From Alphaproteobacteria bacterium (GTDB lineage Bacteria > Pseudomonadota > Alphaproteobacteria > SHVV01): DNA of 64,000 bases. The notes under the pieces are model-generated. The model had not been told where the DNA came from. It worked only from the letters and a program-made list of their open reading frames with translations, and did not search any database. Positions 1-12,367 of the stretch are shown here, one piece after another (positions within the stretch are counted from its first letter, which is position 1; every line of letters begins with the position of its first letter). The DNA is taken from contig OZ253470.1 of the NCBI GenBank assembly GCA_965261735.1, positions 3,904,001-3,968,000 on the forward strand, in the 5' to 3' direction. Made by a program: the position numbers and the translations under genes.

Positions 1-369
1 GATGATGCGGCCTGCGCCGCCTACCTGGAGAAAGCCCGCTGGGGAGACGGCTTTGCCTGCCCGCACTGCGGCACGGCGGGAGAGCCGTTCCACTTTGAAA
101 ACCGCCCTGGCGTCCTGCGCTGCCGCAAGTGCCGCCAGAACACCGGGCTGACGGTGGGAACAGTGATGGAGCGTAGCCACACTCCGCTGAACGTCTGGTT
201 CTGGGCCGCTTATCTGGTCGCCAGTCAGACGCCCGGCATGTCCGCCGTGCAGTTTCAGCGGCAACTTGGTCTTTCGCGCTACGAGACGGCCTTTCAAATT
301 CTCCACAAGCTCCGCTCGGGCATGGTGCGGCCCAACCAAGACAGGATCGGTGGACAGCCCAAGAACCAT
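1..369 (+). mobile_element. IS1595-family transposase 5' fragment (Zn-ribbon region), truncated; left end lies outside the window
   Basis: Matches by eye the reverse complement of 38803..39171 (CPHC/CRKC Zn ribbon). The match stops after AAGAACCAT, just before the VEVDET catalytic motif. Confidence 0.93.
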
Positions 370-1630
370 CGCCCATTGGGATTGCCGGTCCCGGCTCGCG
401 ACGAGAGTCGCTCGGAATACAAACTCGCCGAAGAGTGGAGATCGACCTTTGCAGCCAAGCTTGGGTGGGTCTACGAAGACTGGCTGCCCGAGGGTGTGAG
501 TCCCCGCAGCGTAATCGAGAAACTCAGTATTCCGGATGTGCCTTATTGGAGTTTCTTTGAAGGTTTGCCGGTCGTTGAGGAGGGCACTTCCGACCCAGAC
601 ACCGTGGGCGCCGCCTATGATCGACTAGCGCGGCTGATCTTCTACAGCTTAGATTGGGCGATGGCCGATTCTGGGCTGCACCCTTCGCGTAATCCAGACG
701 TGCTTCGAGGCAAGAGGAAGACGGACGAAATCCAAGCGGAACTTGCTCACTCACTCCTCAAGGAAGCGGAAGAGCTCGTAGGGAAGGGAGACAACACGAG
801 GGCTACAGCGGCGTTGAGGGAAGCGGTCGAGATATACAGCGCGCTCGCTCGCGCGAACCCCGGTCGCTACGACCCCCCCCCCCCCTGGCGGATGCCCTCA
901 ACAACTGGTCGAACCGGCTGGGCGAGGCGGGCCGTCGTACAGAGGCGTCGACGGCGGTCGAGGAGGCGGTTGCGATCTACCGCCGGCTGGCGGCGGAGGA
1001 CCCGGCGCGCTACGAGCCCGGCCTCGCACGGAGCCTCAGCAACTGTTCCGTTCATTTGAGCGAGGTGGGCCGTCGTCCTGAAGCGTTAGCGGCGATCGAG
1101 GAGGCGGTTGCGATACGCGCCGGCTGGCAGCGGCGAACCCGGCGCGCTATGAGCCCGAGTTGGCGATGAGCCTCAACAACTGGTCGAACCTGCTAAGCCA
1201 AGCGGGCCATCGTGCCCAGGCGGTGGCGGCAATCGAGGAGGCGGTGGCCATCACCCGCCGGCTGGCGGCGGCCGACCCGGCGCGCTACGAGCCTGAACTG
1301 GCGACGAGTCTTAACAACCACTCAGGTGAGCTGAGCGAAGCGGGCCGTCATACGGAGGCGTTGGCGGCGATCGAGGAAGCGGTGGCGATATACAACCGGC
1401 TGGCAGCGGCGAACCCGGCGCGCTATGAGCCCGACCTGGCGACGAGCTACGGCGCGCTTGGCACCATCCTTCTCAAATCCGACAAAAGAGAGGAAGCGGT
1501 CGTCGCCTTCTCCACCGGCTCTAACCTGATCCGGCCTTATGCCGAACCGAATCCAGAAAGCCCGAACGCTCGGCTCCTGCAACACCTCCTGGCGGACATC
1601 AAGCGAGCACGCACGGAAGCCTCCGAGTAA
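370..1630 (+). pseudogene. Disrupted ParA/MinD-like ATPase C-terminal region plus TPR-repeat protein
   Basis: TPR-like 46-aa repeats (ARYEPDLATSLNN...EALAAIEEAVAIY) are spread over three frames, with shifts at the C13 tract (873-885) and at ~1119. The upstream part (LPVPARD...IPDVPYWSFFEGLPVVEEG...AYDRLARLI) resembles the tail of ParA-like ATPases fused to TPR/TIR effectors. The 5' end is replaced by IS1595. Confidence 0.7.
859..1450 (+). repeat. Degenerate 138-bp tandem coding repeats (TPR units)
   Basis: The Pro codon of the P-x-R-Y motif falls at 859, 1002, 1139, 1277 and 1415 (spacings 143, 137, 138, 138). Confidence 0.9.
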
Positions 1631-2392
1631 TGGACTGGTCGGACGAAGGCGTGGTGCTGGCGGTGCGCAAGCACGGTGAGACGGCGGCCATCGTCAGCTT
1701 GCTGACGCGCGACCACGGGCGCCACGCCGGGCTCGTGCGCGGCGGTGTCGGGCGGCGGGCGCGCGGCACCCTCCAGCCCGGCAACGAGGTTCAGGCGACC
1801 TGGCGGGCGCGGCTCGCCGAGCACCTCGGTGCGTTCACCTGCGAGCTCGTGCGGGCGCGGGCGGCCCGCCTGCTCGACGATCCGCCGCGCCTGGCCGGCC
1901 TCGCCGCGGCGTGCGCGTTGGCGGAAGCGGTGTTGCCCGAGCGCGAACCCCATAACGCCGTATGGTCGGCGCTGGTGGCGCTGCTCGAGCGCATCGAGGG
2001 CGCGCAGGACTGGCCCGCCGATTACGTGCGCTGGGAGCTCGGCCTGCTCGCCGACCTCGGGTTCGGTCTCGACCTCAGCCGTTGCGCGGTGACCGGGGCG
2101 TGCGCCGGCCTCGCCTACGTCTCGCCGCGCACGGGCCGTGCCGTGTCCGAGGCCGCGGCCGGGCGCTGGCGTGAGCGGCTGCTGGCGCTGCCCGGCTTCC
2201 TCGCGCAAGGCGCTGGCGACAACCGCGAGGTCGCGGCGACGCCAGCCGACATCGCGGCAGGCTTGGCGCTGACCGGATTCTTCCTCGAAACCCACGTCCT
2301 GCAACCCGCAAGTGCCCGGATCCCGGCCGCCCGGCAACGACTTGTTGATCGGATTTCCGGAGAGGCTACTACATGTAGTGGTATAGTTGCCG

Positions 2393-2400
<8 letters not shown>
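1630..2400 (+). CDS. recO: DNA repair protein RecO
   Basis: [17 protein letters not shown]...[32 protein letters not shown]; lies upstream of parC. Confidence 0.96.
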
Positions 2401-4612
<2,212 letters not shown>

Positions 4613-4649
4613 GGCGAGCGCCGCGGCGCTAGGCGTCCTCGGCCCGAGT

Positions 4650-5393
4650 CTAGCTCGCCAGAGCTGAGGCGGACATTGCGTGCCAACCGTCGGGGCCGAG
4701 GGCCTCAATAGCGGCGAAGCGGCGCTTGTACGCCATCTTTGGGCTCTCGGCGATCCAGTAGCCGAGGTAGAGGTGGCCGAGACCCTCGCGCCGCGCCGCA
4801 TCGAGGTGCCACAGGATCATGTAGGTGCCGGGGCTCGTCCGCGAGTCTTCGGGATCGAAGAAGCTATAGACCATGGACAGGCCGCCACCGACGCGGTCGG
4901 TGAGGCACACGCCGGTCAGGCTACCATCGGGCGCGCGATACTCGACGAGGAAGGTATCGAGCGGGCTGTCCTCGATCATCGCCCGGTATTCGGCGAAACT
5001 CATGCGTGCCATGTCGCCCTCACCGTGCCGCGTTTCTTGGTAGCGGCGGAATAGGCGGTATTGCTCGGGCGCGGCGATTGCCGGTGCGATGCACGCTCTA
5101 ATGCCGGCGTTACGGCGCCACACCGCTCGCATGTTCCGGCTTTGGCGAAACGCCTGCGCGTCGATGCGGACCGGAACGCACGCGCTGCAACCATCGCAGC
5201 TCGGCCGGTAGAGGATGTTGTGGCTGCGCCTGAAACCGGCCGTGGCCAGCAAATCGTGGATGGCATCGGCGTTGGGCTCGCAAGCCTCGAGCTCGGTGAA
5301 CACCTTGCGTTCGTCGCGCCCCGGGAGGTAGGGGCACGGCGTTGGCGGTGTCCTGTAGAAACGGCCCACTCGCAGCTTCGTGGTCGAGGTCAT
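4650..5393 (-). CDS. bpt: Arginyl-tRNA-protein transferase-like (Bpt, aspartate/glutamate leucyltransferase)
   Basis: CPYLPGR.ERKVF, GFRRSHNILYRPSC, YLGYWI...KMAYK motifs. Confidence 0.9.
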   Translation of the reverse strand: MTSTTKLRVGRFYRTPPTPCPYLPGRDERKVFTELEACEPNADAIHDLLATAGFRRSHNILYRPSCDGCSACVPVRIDAQAFRQSRNMRAVWRRNAGIRACIAPAIAAPEQYRLFRRYQETRHGEGDMARMSFAEYRAMIEDSPLDTFLVEYRAPDGSLTGVCLTDRVGGGLSMVYSFFDPEDSRTSPGTYMILWHLDAARREGLGHLYLGYWIAESPKMAYKRRFAAIEALGPDGWHAMSASALAS

Positions 5394-5482
5394 GGCCGCT
5401 CCAGCATAACCGAAAGGCACGGTGACGGCCAAAGCGCGCGCGATGCCGGCGGCGCGCGGCCGACCCAGCCCATGCGCCGCCG

Positions 5483-6400
5483 CTAGTTCTTTTGGAGTGA
5501 GGGCGGCAGCACCGGCGCCTCGCGGATCAAGACCACGCTGATGCGCCGGTTCTGAGCGACGAAGGGGTCCTCCGGAACGAGCGGGTCGGTATTAGCCTTC
5601 CCCGTGACCCGGATGATCCGGTTGGGCGTGATGCCGCCGGCGACCAGGGCGCGGCGGCTCGCGTTTGCGCGGTCCGAGGAGAGTTCCCAGTTGCCGTACC
5701 CGCTTTGGGTCTGGAAGGGCGTCGCGTCGGTATGTCCGGAGATCGAGATCTTGTTAGGGAGCTTGGAGATCGCCTTGGCGATCTGCTTGATGAGCTGCTG
5801 CGTGCGCCCGGGCATCTTGGCGCTGCCGCTCGCGAACATCGAACCGCCCGAGCGATCGACGATCTGGATGCGCATGCCCTCGGGCGTCATATCGACCAGG
5901 ATATTGTCGCTTAACTCGTGAAGCTCTGGGCTTTCCTCGATCGCCTGGAGCAGCGCTGCCTGCGCCTGCTCGAACGCCTCCTGCTCCTCCTCCGCACGCA
6001 ACTTCTCGAGCGCGGAGGAGCCGGCTTTGCTTTCGCCCTGTCCGCCCGCCTGCCCCGGCGCCTTTGCGTCGGCGTCCGGCGCGCGCAGGGCGACCACGAC
6101 CGTGGCCGCCGAACTCGCGCTACGCCTGGCCCCGGGTGCGAAGCTCAAGCCGCCTAGCATGCCCCCCGATCCACCCGAGGAAAGGCTCGGCGGGGCGGGC
6201 GCGAAATAATCGGCGATGCCCTTGCGCTGATCTTCGGTCGTCGCGCCGAGCAGCCATAGAAGCAGGAAGAATGCCATCATGGCGGTAACGAAGTCAGCGT
6301 AGGCAACCTTTCAGGCGCCCCCGTGATGGCCTCCGTGGCCACCCTTCTTGACCTTCTTGACGATGATCTCGTCGCGGTTGGTCGCCGGCTTTTCGCTCAT
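5483..6400 (-). pseudogene. motB: Flagellar stator MotB with an in-frame stop
   Basis: ATG at 6400 reads ...GGHHGGA*KVAYADFVTAMMAFF. The conserved Trp codon is TGA (6311-6313). The OmpA-like C-terminus (GHTD, NWELSSDRA, NRRI) is intact. Confidence 0.9.
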
Positions 6401-6421
6401 GACGGTATCGCGCGCCCCGGC

Positions 6422-7189
6422 CTACGCCGCCGGCGCCTCGGCCACGGCCTCCTCGAGCTCGGTAAAGGTCGGACGTTCATTGGAGAACAGTGTCTTGCGT
6501 GCGAATTCGATCGAAACGGCGGGCGCGTGGCCCTGGAGATGCGCCATGAGGCCTGCCTTGATGCACTGATAGTACTTTGAATCGGCGTCGCTATAGCCCT
6601 TGAGGTTGGCCCCAATGGGGCCGACGAGGCCGTACGCCAGAAGGATGCCGAGGAACGTTCCCACGAGCGCGCCTCCGATGAGGGCGCCGAGGACCTCGGG
6701 CGGCTCGTTGATGTGGCTCATCGTGATGATGACGCCGAGCACGGCGGCCACGATACCGAATGCGGGCAGGCCGTCCGACATCTGCGTGACCGCACCCGCC
6801 ATCTGTTCGCTCTCGGCGTGGTGTGTCTCGATGTCCTCGTCAATCAAGGCTTCGAATTCGTGCGGGTTGTCCGCGCCCATTGTGAGCAGGCGAAGATAGT
6901 CGCACAGGAATTCCACCGCGTGGTGGTTCTTGACGAACATCGGGTACTCGGCGAACAGGGCGCTGTCGTGCGGGTTCTCGACATGCGGCTCTAGCGCCAG
7001 CATGCCCTTCGCCTTGGCTAACCGGAAGATAGAATACAACAGGGTCAACAGCTCGACGTAGACGGCCTTGTTATGGGGCGCTCCCTTGAATACGCGCCCG
7101 AAGCTCTTGCCGACGCCAAAGATGACGTTTTTGGGGTTGGAGATGACGAACGCGCCGACCGCCCCCCCTCCGATAATAAGCAGCTCGAG
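6422..7189 (-). pseudogene. motA: Flagellar stator MotA, 5'-truncated
   Basis: Homology begins at LELLIIGGGAVGAFVISNP. The ~30-aa N-terminus with TM1 and the start codon is absent. PAFGIVAAVLG and GALVGTFLGI motifs are present. Confidence 0.85.
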
Positions 7190-7285
7190 CGCAAGTTGGG
7201 GCCTATCCGCTACTCTCCGCCGCGGCTAAACCCGTCAGGGCCCTGGCCTCGGCCACGATTCCGGCGTCAGGAACACAGACCATAT

Positions 7286-8542
7286 TTAGAGCGTTCGCAT
7301 TGTCTCGGCAACAGGTGAACGCCCGGTTGCCGCCAGCGTACTCAACAGCCGTGCCGCGAACCCGGCTGCCGCCAATCGCGCCATGATGTCATCGACATGC
7401 GCTGGGTCGCGCGTCTCCACGACGAGGTCGAGATCGGCCGACTTCACAGGCACGTCCGAGAACAGCCGCTGGTGGTAGACCTCGATGATATTGCCGCCGC
7501 TGTCGCCGATAACGCTGGCGACGAGTGCGAGCGTCCCGGGCGTGTCGCTCGATTCCACGCGCACCCGGACGATGCGCCCGTCGCGCACCAGGCCGCGCAT
7601 GATGACCGAGGCGAGGAGACGCGGGTCTATATTGCCGCCCGACAGGATGAGCCCGACCTCACGGCCGGAGAAGCGGCCGGGCTCACTTAGGAGTGCCGCC
7701 AGTCCCGCCGCGCCGGCCCCCTCGGCGACCGTCTTTTCGACCTCGAGATACAGGCCGACCGCGCGCTCGAGGTGCTCCTCGGTGACGAGGACGATATCAT
7801 CGACATGCGCCTCGATGAGGCGGCGCGTCAACTCTCCCGGTACCTCGACAGCGATACCGTCGGCGATCGTGGGGCCGCCCATGGGCAGTTCCGTGGCGTT
7901 CCGGGCGTTGTAGAGCGTGGGATAGAGGCGGGCCTCGACTCCGATAACCTCGATGTCGGGACTCAGGCCCTTGGCGGTGATGGCGCAGCCCGCGATGAGC
8001 CCGCCGCCGCCCACCGGCACGACGAGCGCTTCGAGGCCGGGATGTTCGGCGAGCATTTCCAGCGCCACGGTCCCTTGGCCCGCGATGACCTGCGCGTCGT
8101 CATAGGGGTGGACGAGCGTCAAGCCGCGGCTCTCAGCCAGAGCCAGCGCATGGCTAGCGGCGTCGCGCAGCGTCGCCCCCTCGAGCGCCACTTCGGCGCC
8201 AAATCCCTTGGTGTGCCTGACCTTCGTGAACGCCGTGTCGCGCGGCATCACGATCGTGGCCGGGATGCCGAGGCGCTCGGCGTGATAGGCGACGCCTTGG
8301 GCGTGGTTGCCGGCCGAAACCGCGATGACGCCGCGCTGCGCTGCGGTCGCGGTCAGGTTCTTGAGCTTGACCAGCGCGCCGCGCTCCTTGAAGGACGCGG
8401 TGAACTGGAGATTCTCGAACTTGATCGTGACCCGCGCGCCCGTGAGCTCCGACAGGGTGCGCGACAGGGTGCACGGTGTAGCGACGATACTGCCGGCCAA
8501 AGCCGCGGCCGCGGCCCGAACGTCGCTCAGCGTCACCGTCAT
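7286..8542 (-). CDS. ilvA: Threonine ammonia-lyase with C-terminal ACT domain
   Basis: KFENLQFTASFKERGA (PLP Lys), SAGNHAQG, PVGGGGL, SGGN. Confidence 0.9.
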   Translation of the reverse strand: MTVTLSDVRAAAAALAGSIVATPCTLSRTLSELTGARVTIKFENLQFTASFKERGALVKLKNLTATAAQRGVIAVSAGNHAQGVAYHAERLGIPATIVMPRDTAFTKVRHTKGFGAEVALEGATLRDAASHALALAESRGLTLVHPYDDAQVIAGQGTVALEMLAEHPGLEALVVPVGGGGLIAGCAITAKGLSPDIEVIGVEARLYPTLYNARNATELPMGGPTIADGIAVEVPGELTRRLIEAHVDDIVLVTEEHLERAVGLYLEVEKTVAEGAGAAGLAALLSEPGRFSGREVGLILSGGNIDPRLLASVIMRGLVRDGRIVRVRVESSDTPGTLALVASVIGDSGGNIIEVYHQRLFSDVPVKSADLDLVVETRDPAHVDDIMARLAAAGFAARLLSTLAATGRSPVAETMRTL

Positions 8543-10947
8543 CCGCTACCAGCCGGCGCGCCGCCGGCCGGTACGAGGCGCAGTGTGCCTATGGCTCCGG
8601 CCTCGACCTCGTCACGCCGCGTCGTCATGGGCACGTATTCGAGGTTGCGCCACGGTCTCGCGAAGTTGCTGTATAGCGGCGATAGCCGGTTGCCGGACTG
8701 TCCGGTCGAATGGATGTACAGCGAGCGGTCGAGGTCGTCGAGGTCGTAGATGGCACGCATGCTGGCGCCGTGTACGTTCGCGAAAGGCGCCCCGCGGTCG
8801 CCGATTCGGTGTGCTCCGCGGTTGAGCGTGAAGCCGCCGCCACTCGACGGCAACTTGACGTCGAACACATTGCGCAGCAAAGGGATGAGCGTGAAGGGCT
8901 GATGCTTCATGTGAGCGTAGTGCGCGTCACCCCAACGCCACTTGTCGATATCGGCGCCATGCTCCTCGGTCAGCTCGCTAACCGTTAGATCGAGCGCCTC
9001 CGCGATCAGCGTGTTGCAACTTTCGCGTGCCGGTGTGGTGCGGTCGTCGCACCAGTCGGGCTTGCGCTTGAGGACGTCGAACATGAACAGCGGCCGCATG
9101 CGCCATGCATCGTCGAACAGTTCGCCGAACTCGTCGGCATAGGTCATACGGGTGAGGTTGCGGTACCAGGCCGCGAAGATCAGCGGCTCGGGCCGGTTGC
9201 GCTCCATGGCACCATCCCACTGCCTGAGCAACGCCCTCGCCTGGGCGCTCACCTCGCTCAAGGGCTCGGCCTCCAGCAGGAGCGGCAGGAAGTCGGTGGC
9301 CATGCGCGAGGTAACATCTCCCTGGGCGCTGGTGAAGCTGGCGATCGAATGGGTCGTGCGCGACGCCAAAAGCTCGTCGATCCGCCGCACCCGGTAGGCC
9401 GGCTCCCAGTCGTACGTGATGTGATAGGGGTAGTTGTCGGGCACGATCTTGTGGTTGGCGGTGGCGATGGCGCCGGACGGCGGATTGAAGCTGTGCGGCA
9501 ATTGGGTGAACGGAATGAACCCGACCCAATCGTAGTCGCCGGTCCAACCCGGCACCGGAATGATCCCGTTCACTCCGTTACCGGGCTTGCGCACCGGTAC
9601 GCGGCCCGGGGCGTAGAAGCCGATGGTACCGTCCCGGTCTGCGTAGACGATGTTCTGCTGCGGCGTCTCGTAGCCGGCGAGGGCGGCGACGAACTCGGCC
9701 CGGTTGGCCGCGCGTCCAAGGTCGAGGACGGCGCGCGGCGTTCCGTCGACGTCTCTGAGCGCCGTCCACGCCATGGCGACGACATGGCCCTCCTCGACCA
9801 CCTCTGCGAGCCGGGGTTGGGCATCCGACAGGACAGGACCGTGACGGCTCATGCGCACAACGAGCGGTATTTGCTCGCCACCCCGGACCCTGATGACCTC
9901 CTGGCGGACCTCGAACGGGCGCGGACCCTGGGGAGTCATGTAGCGGCTAGAGTCGGCCGCATCCAACTTCTCGATGAATAAGTCCTGTGCGTCGGTCGAC
10001 GTGTTGGTGAAGCCCCAGGCGATGTGCTTGTTGCGCCCGAGCAGCACCGCCGGCACGCCGGGCAGCGTGGCCCCGATGACATCGAGCCCCGGGGCGTTGA
10101 GGTGAGCGAAGTACCATACCGAGGGAACCGACAGTCCGAGATGGGGGTCATTGGCGAGCAGTGGCTTGCCGGTAGCGGTGCGGCTGCCGGCGACGACCCA
10201 GTTGTTGGAGCCGTTACCGGGATCGGGCGCTAGGGGCGCCGCGGCCGCCCACAGCCGGTCGAGCGCGGCGGCGCGGTAGAGGGGAGCCAGGTCCGAGTAC
10301 TTCACCGCGGCGCCCTCCGGGAACGCGGGAAAGAGATCGGCGATCTGTTCGTCGTCGAGCTGTTCGGTGAGGCGCGCGCGGAACAACTCGCTCGACCAGT
10401 TGCCGCTCAGCGACCACGCCATCATCTTGCTCCACACCAGCGAGTCTGCAGGCCGCCATGGCTCGGGCCGATGCTGGAGCATGACGAACTCTGGCGGTAG
10501 TGGGCCGCTCCGCGTCTCGAGGAAGGCGTTGACGCCGTCGGCGTAGGCGTCGAAGAAGCTGCGCGTCTCGGCGTCGAGATTGTCGTAGTTGCGCTCGGCG
10601 TATTCGTACACGCTCAGCGTACGCAGGAAACGGTCCGTGTCGATTCCGCGCGAGCCGATCACCTCGGCGATGCGGCCGGCGCCGATACGCCGGCTCAGCT
10701 CCATCTGCCACAGCCTGTCCTGGGCGTGAACGAAGCCGAGCCCGAAGAAGGCACCGGACTGCGACGCGGCATAGATGTGCGGAATACCGTGGCGGTCGCG
10801 CACGACCTCGACGGGCGCCTCGAGTCGGGGCACTGCGACGGTGCCGTTCAGCTTCGGCAGCGAGCCCAACAACCAAACGTAGGCGCCGCCGCCGGTAACG
10901 ACGATAAGGCCGACGAGGAGGACCAGCCCTCTAAGGAGCCAGCGCAT
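8539..10947 (-). CDS. Penicillin acylase family (Ntn hydrolase) protein
   Basis: N-terminal anchor, GIPHIYA, HAQDRLWQM, beta-chain start SNNW, LLANDPHL. Confidence 0.92.
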   Translation of the reverse strand: MRWLLRGLVLLVGLIVVTGGGAYVWLLGSLPKLNGTVAVPRLEAPVEVVRDRHGIPHIYAASQSGAFFGLGFVHAQDRLWQMELSRRIGAGRIAEVIGSRGIDTDRFLRTLSVYEYAERNYDNLDAETRSFFDAYADGVNAFLETRSGPLPPEFVMLQHRPEPWRPADSLVWSKMMAWSLSGNWSSELFRARLTEQLDDEQIADLFPAFPEGAAVKYSDLAPLYRAAALDRLWAAAAPLAPDPGNGSNNWVVAGSRTATGKPLLANDPHLGLSVPSVWYFAHLNAPGLDVIGATLPGVPAVLLGRNKHIAWGFTNTSTDAQDLFIEKLDAADSSRYMTPQGPRPFEVRQEVIRVRGGEQIPLVVRMSRHGPVLSDAQPRLAEVVEEGHVVAMAWTALRDVDGTPRAVLDLGRAANRAEFVAALAGYETPQQNIVYADRDGTIGFYAPGRVPVRKPGNGVNGIIPVPGWTGDYDWVGFIPFTQLPHSFNPPSGAIATANHKIVPDNYPYHITYDWEPAYRVRRIDELLASRTTHSIASFTSAQGDVTSRMATDFLPLLLEAEPLSEVSAQARALLRQWDGAMERNRPEPLIFAAWYRNLTRMTYADEFGELFDDAWRMRPLFMFDVLKRKPDWCDDRTTPARESCNTLIAEALDLTVSELTEEHGADIDKWRWGDAHYAHMKHQPFTLIPLLRNVFDVKLPSSGGGFTLNRGAHRIGDRGAPFANVHGASMRAIYDLDDLDRSLYIHSTGQSGNRLSPLYSNFARPWRNLEYVPMTTRRDEVEAGAIGTLRLVPAGGAPAGSG

Positions 10948-11059
10948 GGATTAACCCTCCCTGGCGGTGGCTAACGGCCTGTATAGCACTAGATTTCGAG
11001 GCTCGAAACGGGCTTGCCGGCCGCGCCCGGGAGCCACAAGCATTTTCATGGCGCGAGTA

Positions 11060-12244
11060 TCATGGGGTCGAAGACGACGCCAGCTGCAGCTCCGCCAGGA
11101 GTGCGGCGCGATCGGCATTGAGCTCGGGGCTCGGGGCGCGCGTGTCGGGATCGGGGTAGTTCGACATTTTTACCGGATTGCCCGACATGCGCACCTCCCC
11201 GGCCCGCGGATCCGCGCACCGCACCACCATGTTGCGTGCGGCCACCTGGTGGTGCTCGACGACCTGCTTGATGTTGTTGATGGGTCCGCAGGGGACGCCC
11301 GCGTCGTCGAGCGCTTGGGCCCAATGCGCGCTCGTTTGCGTGCCCAGCGCCGCTTCCATCTCGACTTTCAGGGCTTCGGCATTGGCCGTGCGCGTCTCGT
11401 TGCTCGAGAAGCGCTCGTCATCAGCGAGCTCGGGCCGCCCCAGCGCTCGACCGAGATTCGCGAAAATGGCGTCGTTGCCCGCGGCGATGACGATGAAGTC
11501 GTCCTTGGTGGCGAAGCTCTCGAACGGGGTGATCGACGGATTGCGCGCGCCTTGCGGCCCCGGGATCTTGCCCGTCGCGAAGTATCGCGCGACGGCGTTC
11601 TCGCAGATTGCCACCTGGCAGTCGAGCATGCTGATGTCGAGCTTCACGCCCTCGCCCGACTGCGCGCGCCGAAAGAGCGCCGCGTTGATACCGATGGCAC
11701 TGAACAGGCCGGCCGTGATGTCGCCGACGGACGTGCCGACCCGCGCCGGCGGCATGCCGGGGTGGCCCGTCATGCTCATGACCCCGCCCATCGCCTGCAC
11801 GACGACATCGTAGGCGGGGCGCCCCGCATCGGGGCCGCTGTGGCCGAAGCCCGAGGCCGAGGCGTAGATCAGCGCCGGGTGCCGGGCGTGCAGCTCCTCC
11901 CAGCCGTAGCCCAGGCGCTCCATCGCCCCGGGCCGGTAGTTTTCTATCAGCACGTCGGCCTGCGCCAGCAGGGCCTCGAAGATACCTCGGTCGCCCTCGC
12001 TCTTGAGATCGAGGGCGATGCTCTCCTTGCCCCGATTGAGCGACATGAAGTAGGCCGACTTCCCGTTGACAAAGGGGCCGTAGTGGCGCGCGTCGTCGCC
12101 GCGCTCGGGCGCCTCGACCTTGATCACCCGCGCGCCGAGGTCGGCGAGCACCATGGTGCAGAAGGGACCGGCGAGCACGCGGGTGAGATCAAGGACAACG
12201 ACGCCACTAAGCGGGCCTTGAACCGAAGACGGCGCTAGAGCCAT
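11060..12244 (-). CDS. CaiB/BaiF family III CoA-transferase
   Basis: LDLTRVLAGPFCT, NRGKES, ENYRPG, AYD catalytic Asp. Confidence 0.92.
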   Translation of the reverse strand: MALAPSSVQGPLSGVVVLDLTRVLAGPFCTMVLADLGARVIKVEAPERGDDARHYGPFVNGKSAYFMSLNRGKESIALDLKSEGDRGIFEALLAQADVLIENYRPGAMERLGYGWEELHARHPALIYASASGFGHSGPDAGRPAYDVVVQAMGGVMSMTGHPGMPPARVGTSVGDITAGLFSAIGINAALFRRAQSGEGVKLDISMLDCQVAICENAVARYFATGKIPGPQGARNPSITPFESFATKDDFIVIAAGNDAIFANLGRALGRPELADDERFSSNETRTANAEALKVEMEAALGTQTSAHWAQALDDAGVPCGPINNIKQVVEHHQVAARNMVVRCADPRAGEVRMSGNPVKMSNYPDPDTRAPSPELNADRAALLAELQLASSSTP

Positions 12245-12367
12245 GGCACACCTGCCTCGAACCGACCGAAGGAACGCGCGCCGGGCGCGCTCTGGTTCAT
12301 AGCCGAGAGGGCGGCAACCGCGCAACGGGCGTGCGCCGGCGCGACTGCGGCTTAAGTGGCGGTGGCG

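Noticed and set aside
859-1450. Diversity-generating retroelement template/variable repeat pair
   Set aside because: These are coding TPR units, differences are not adenine-specific, and no reverse transcriptase is in the window.
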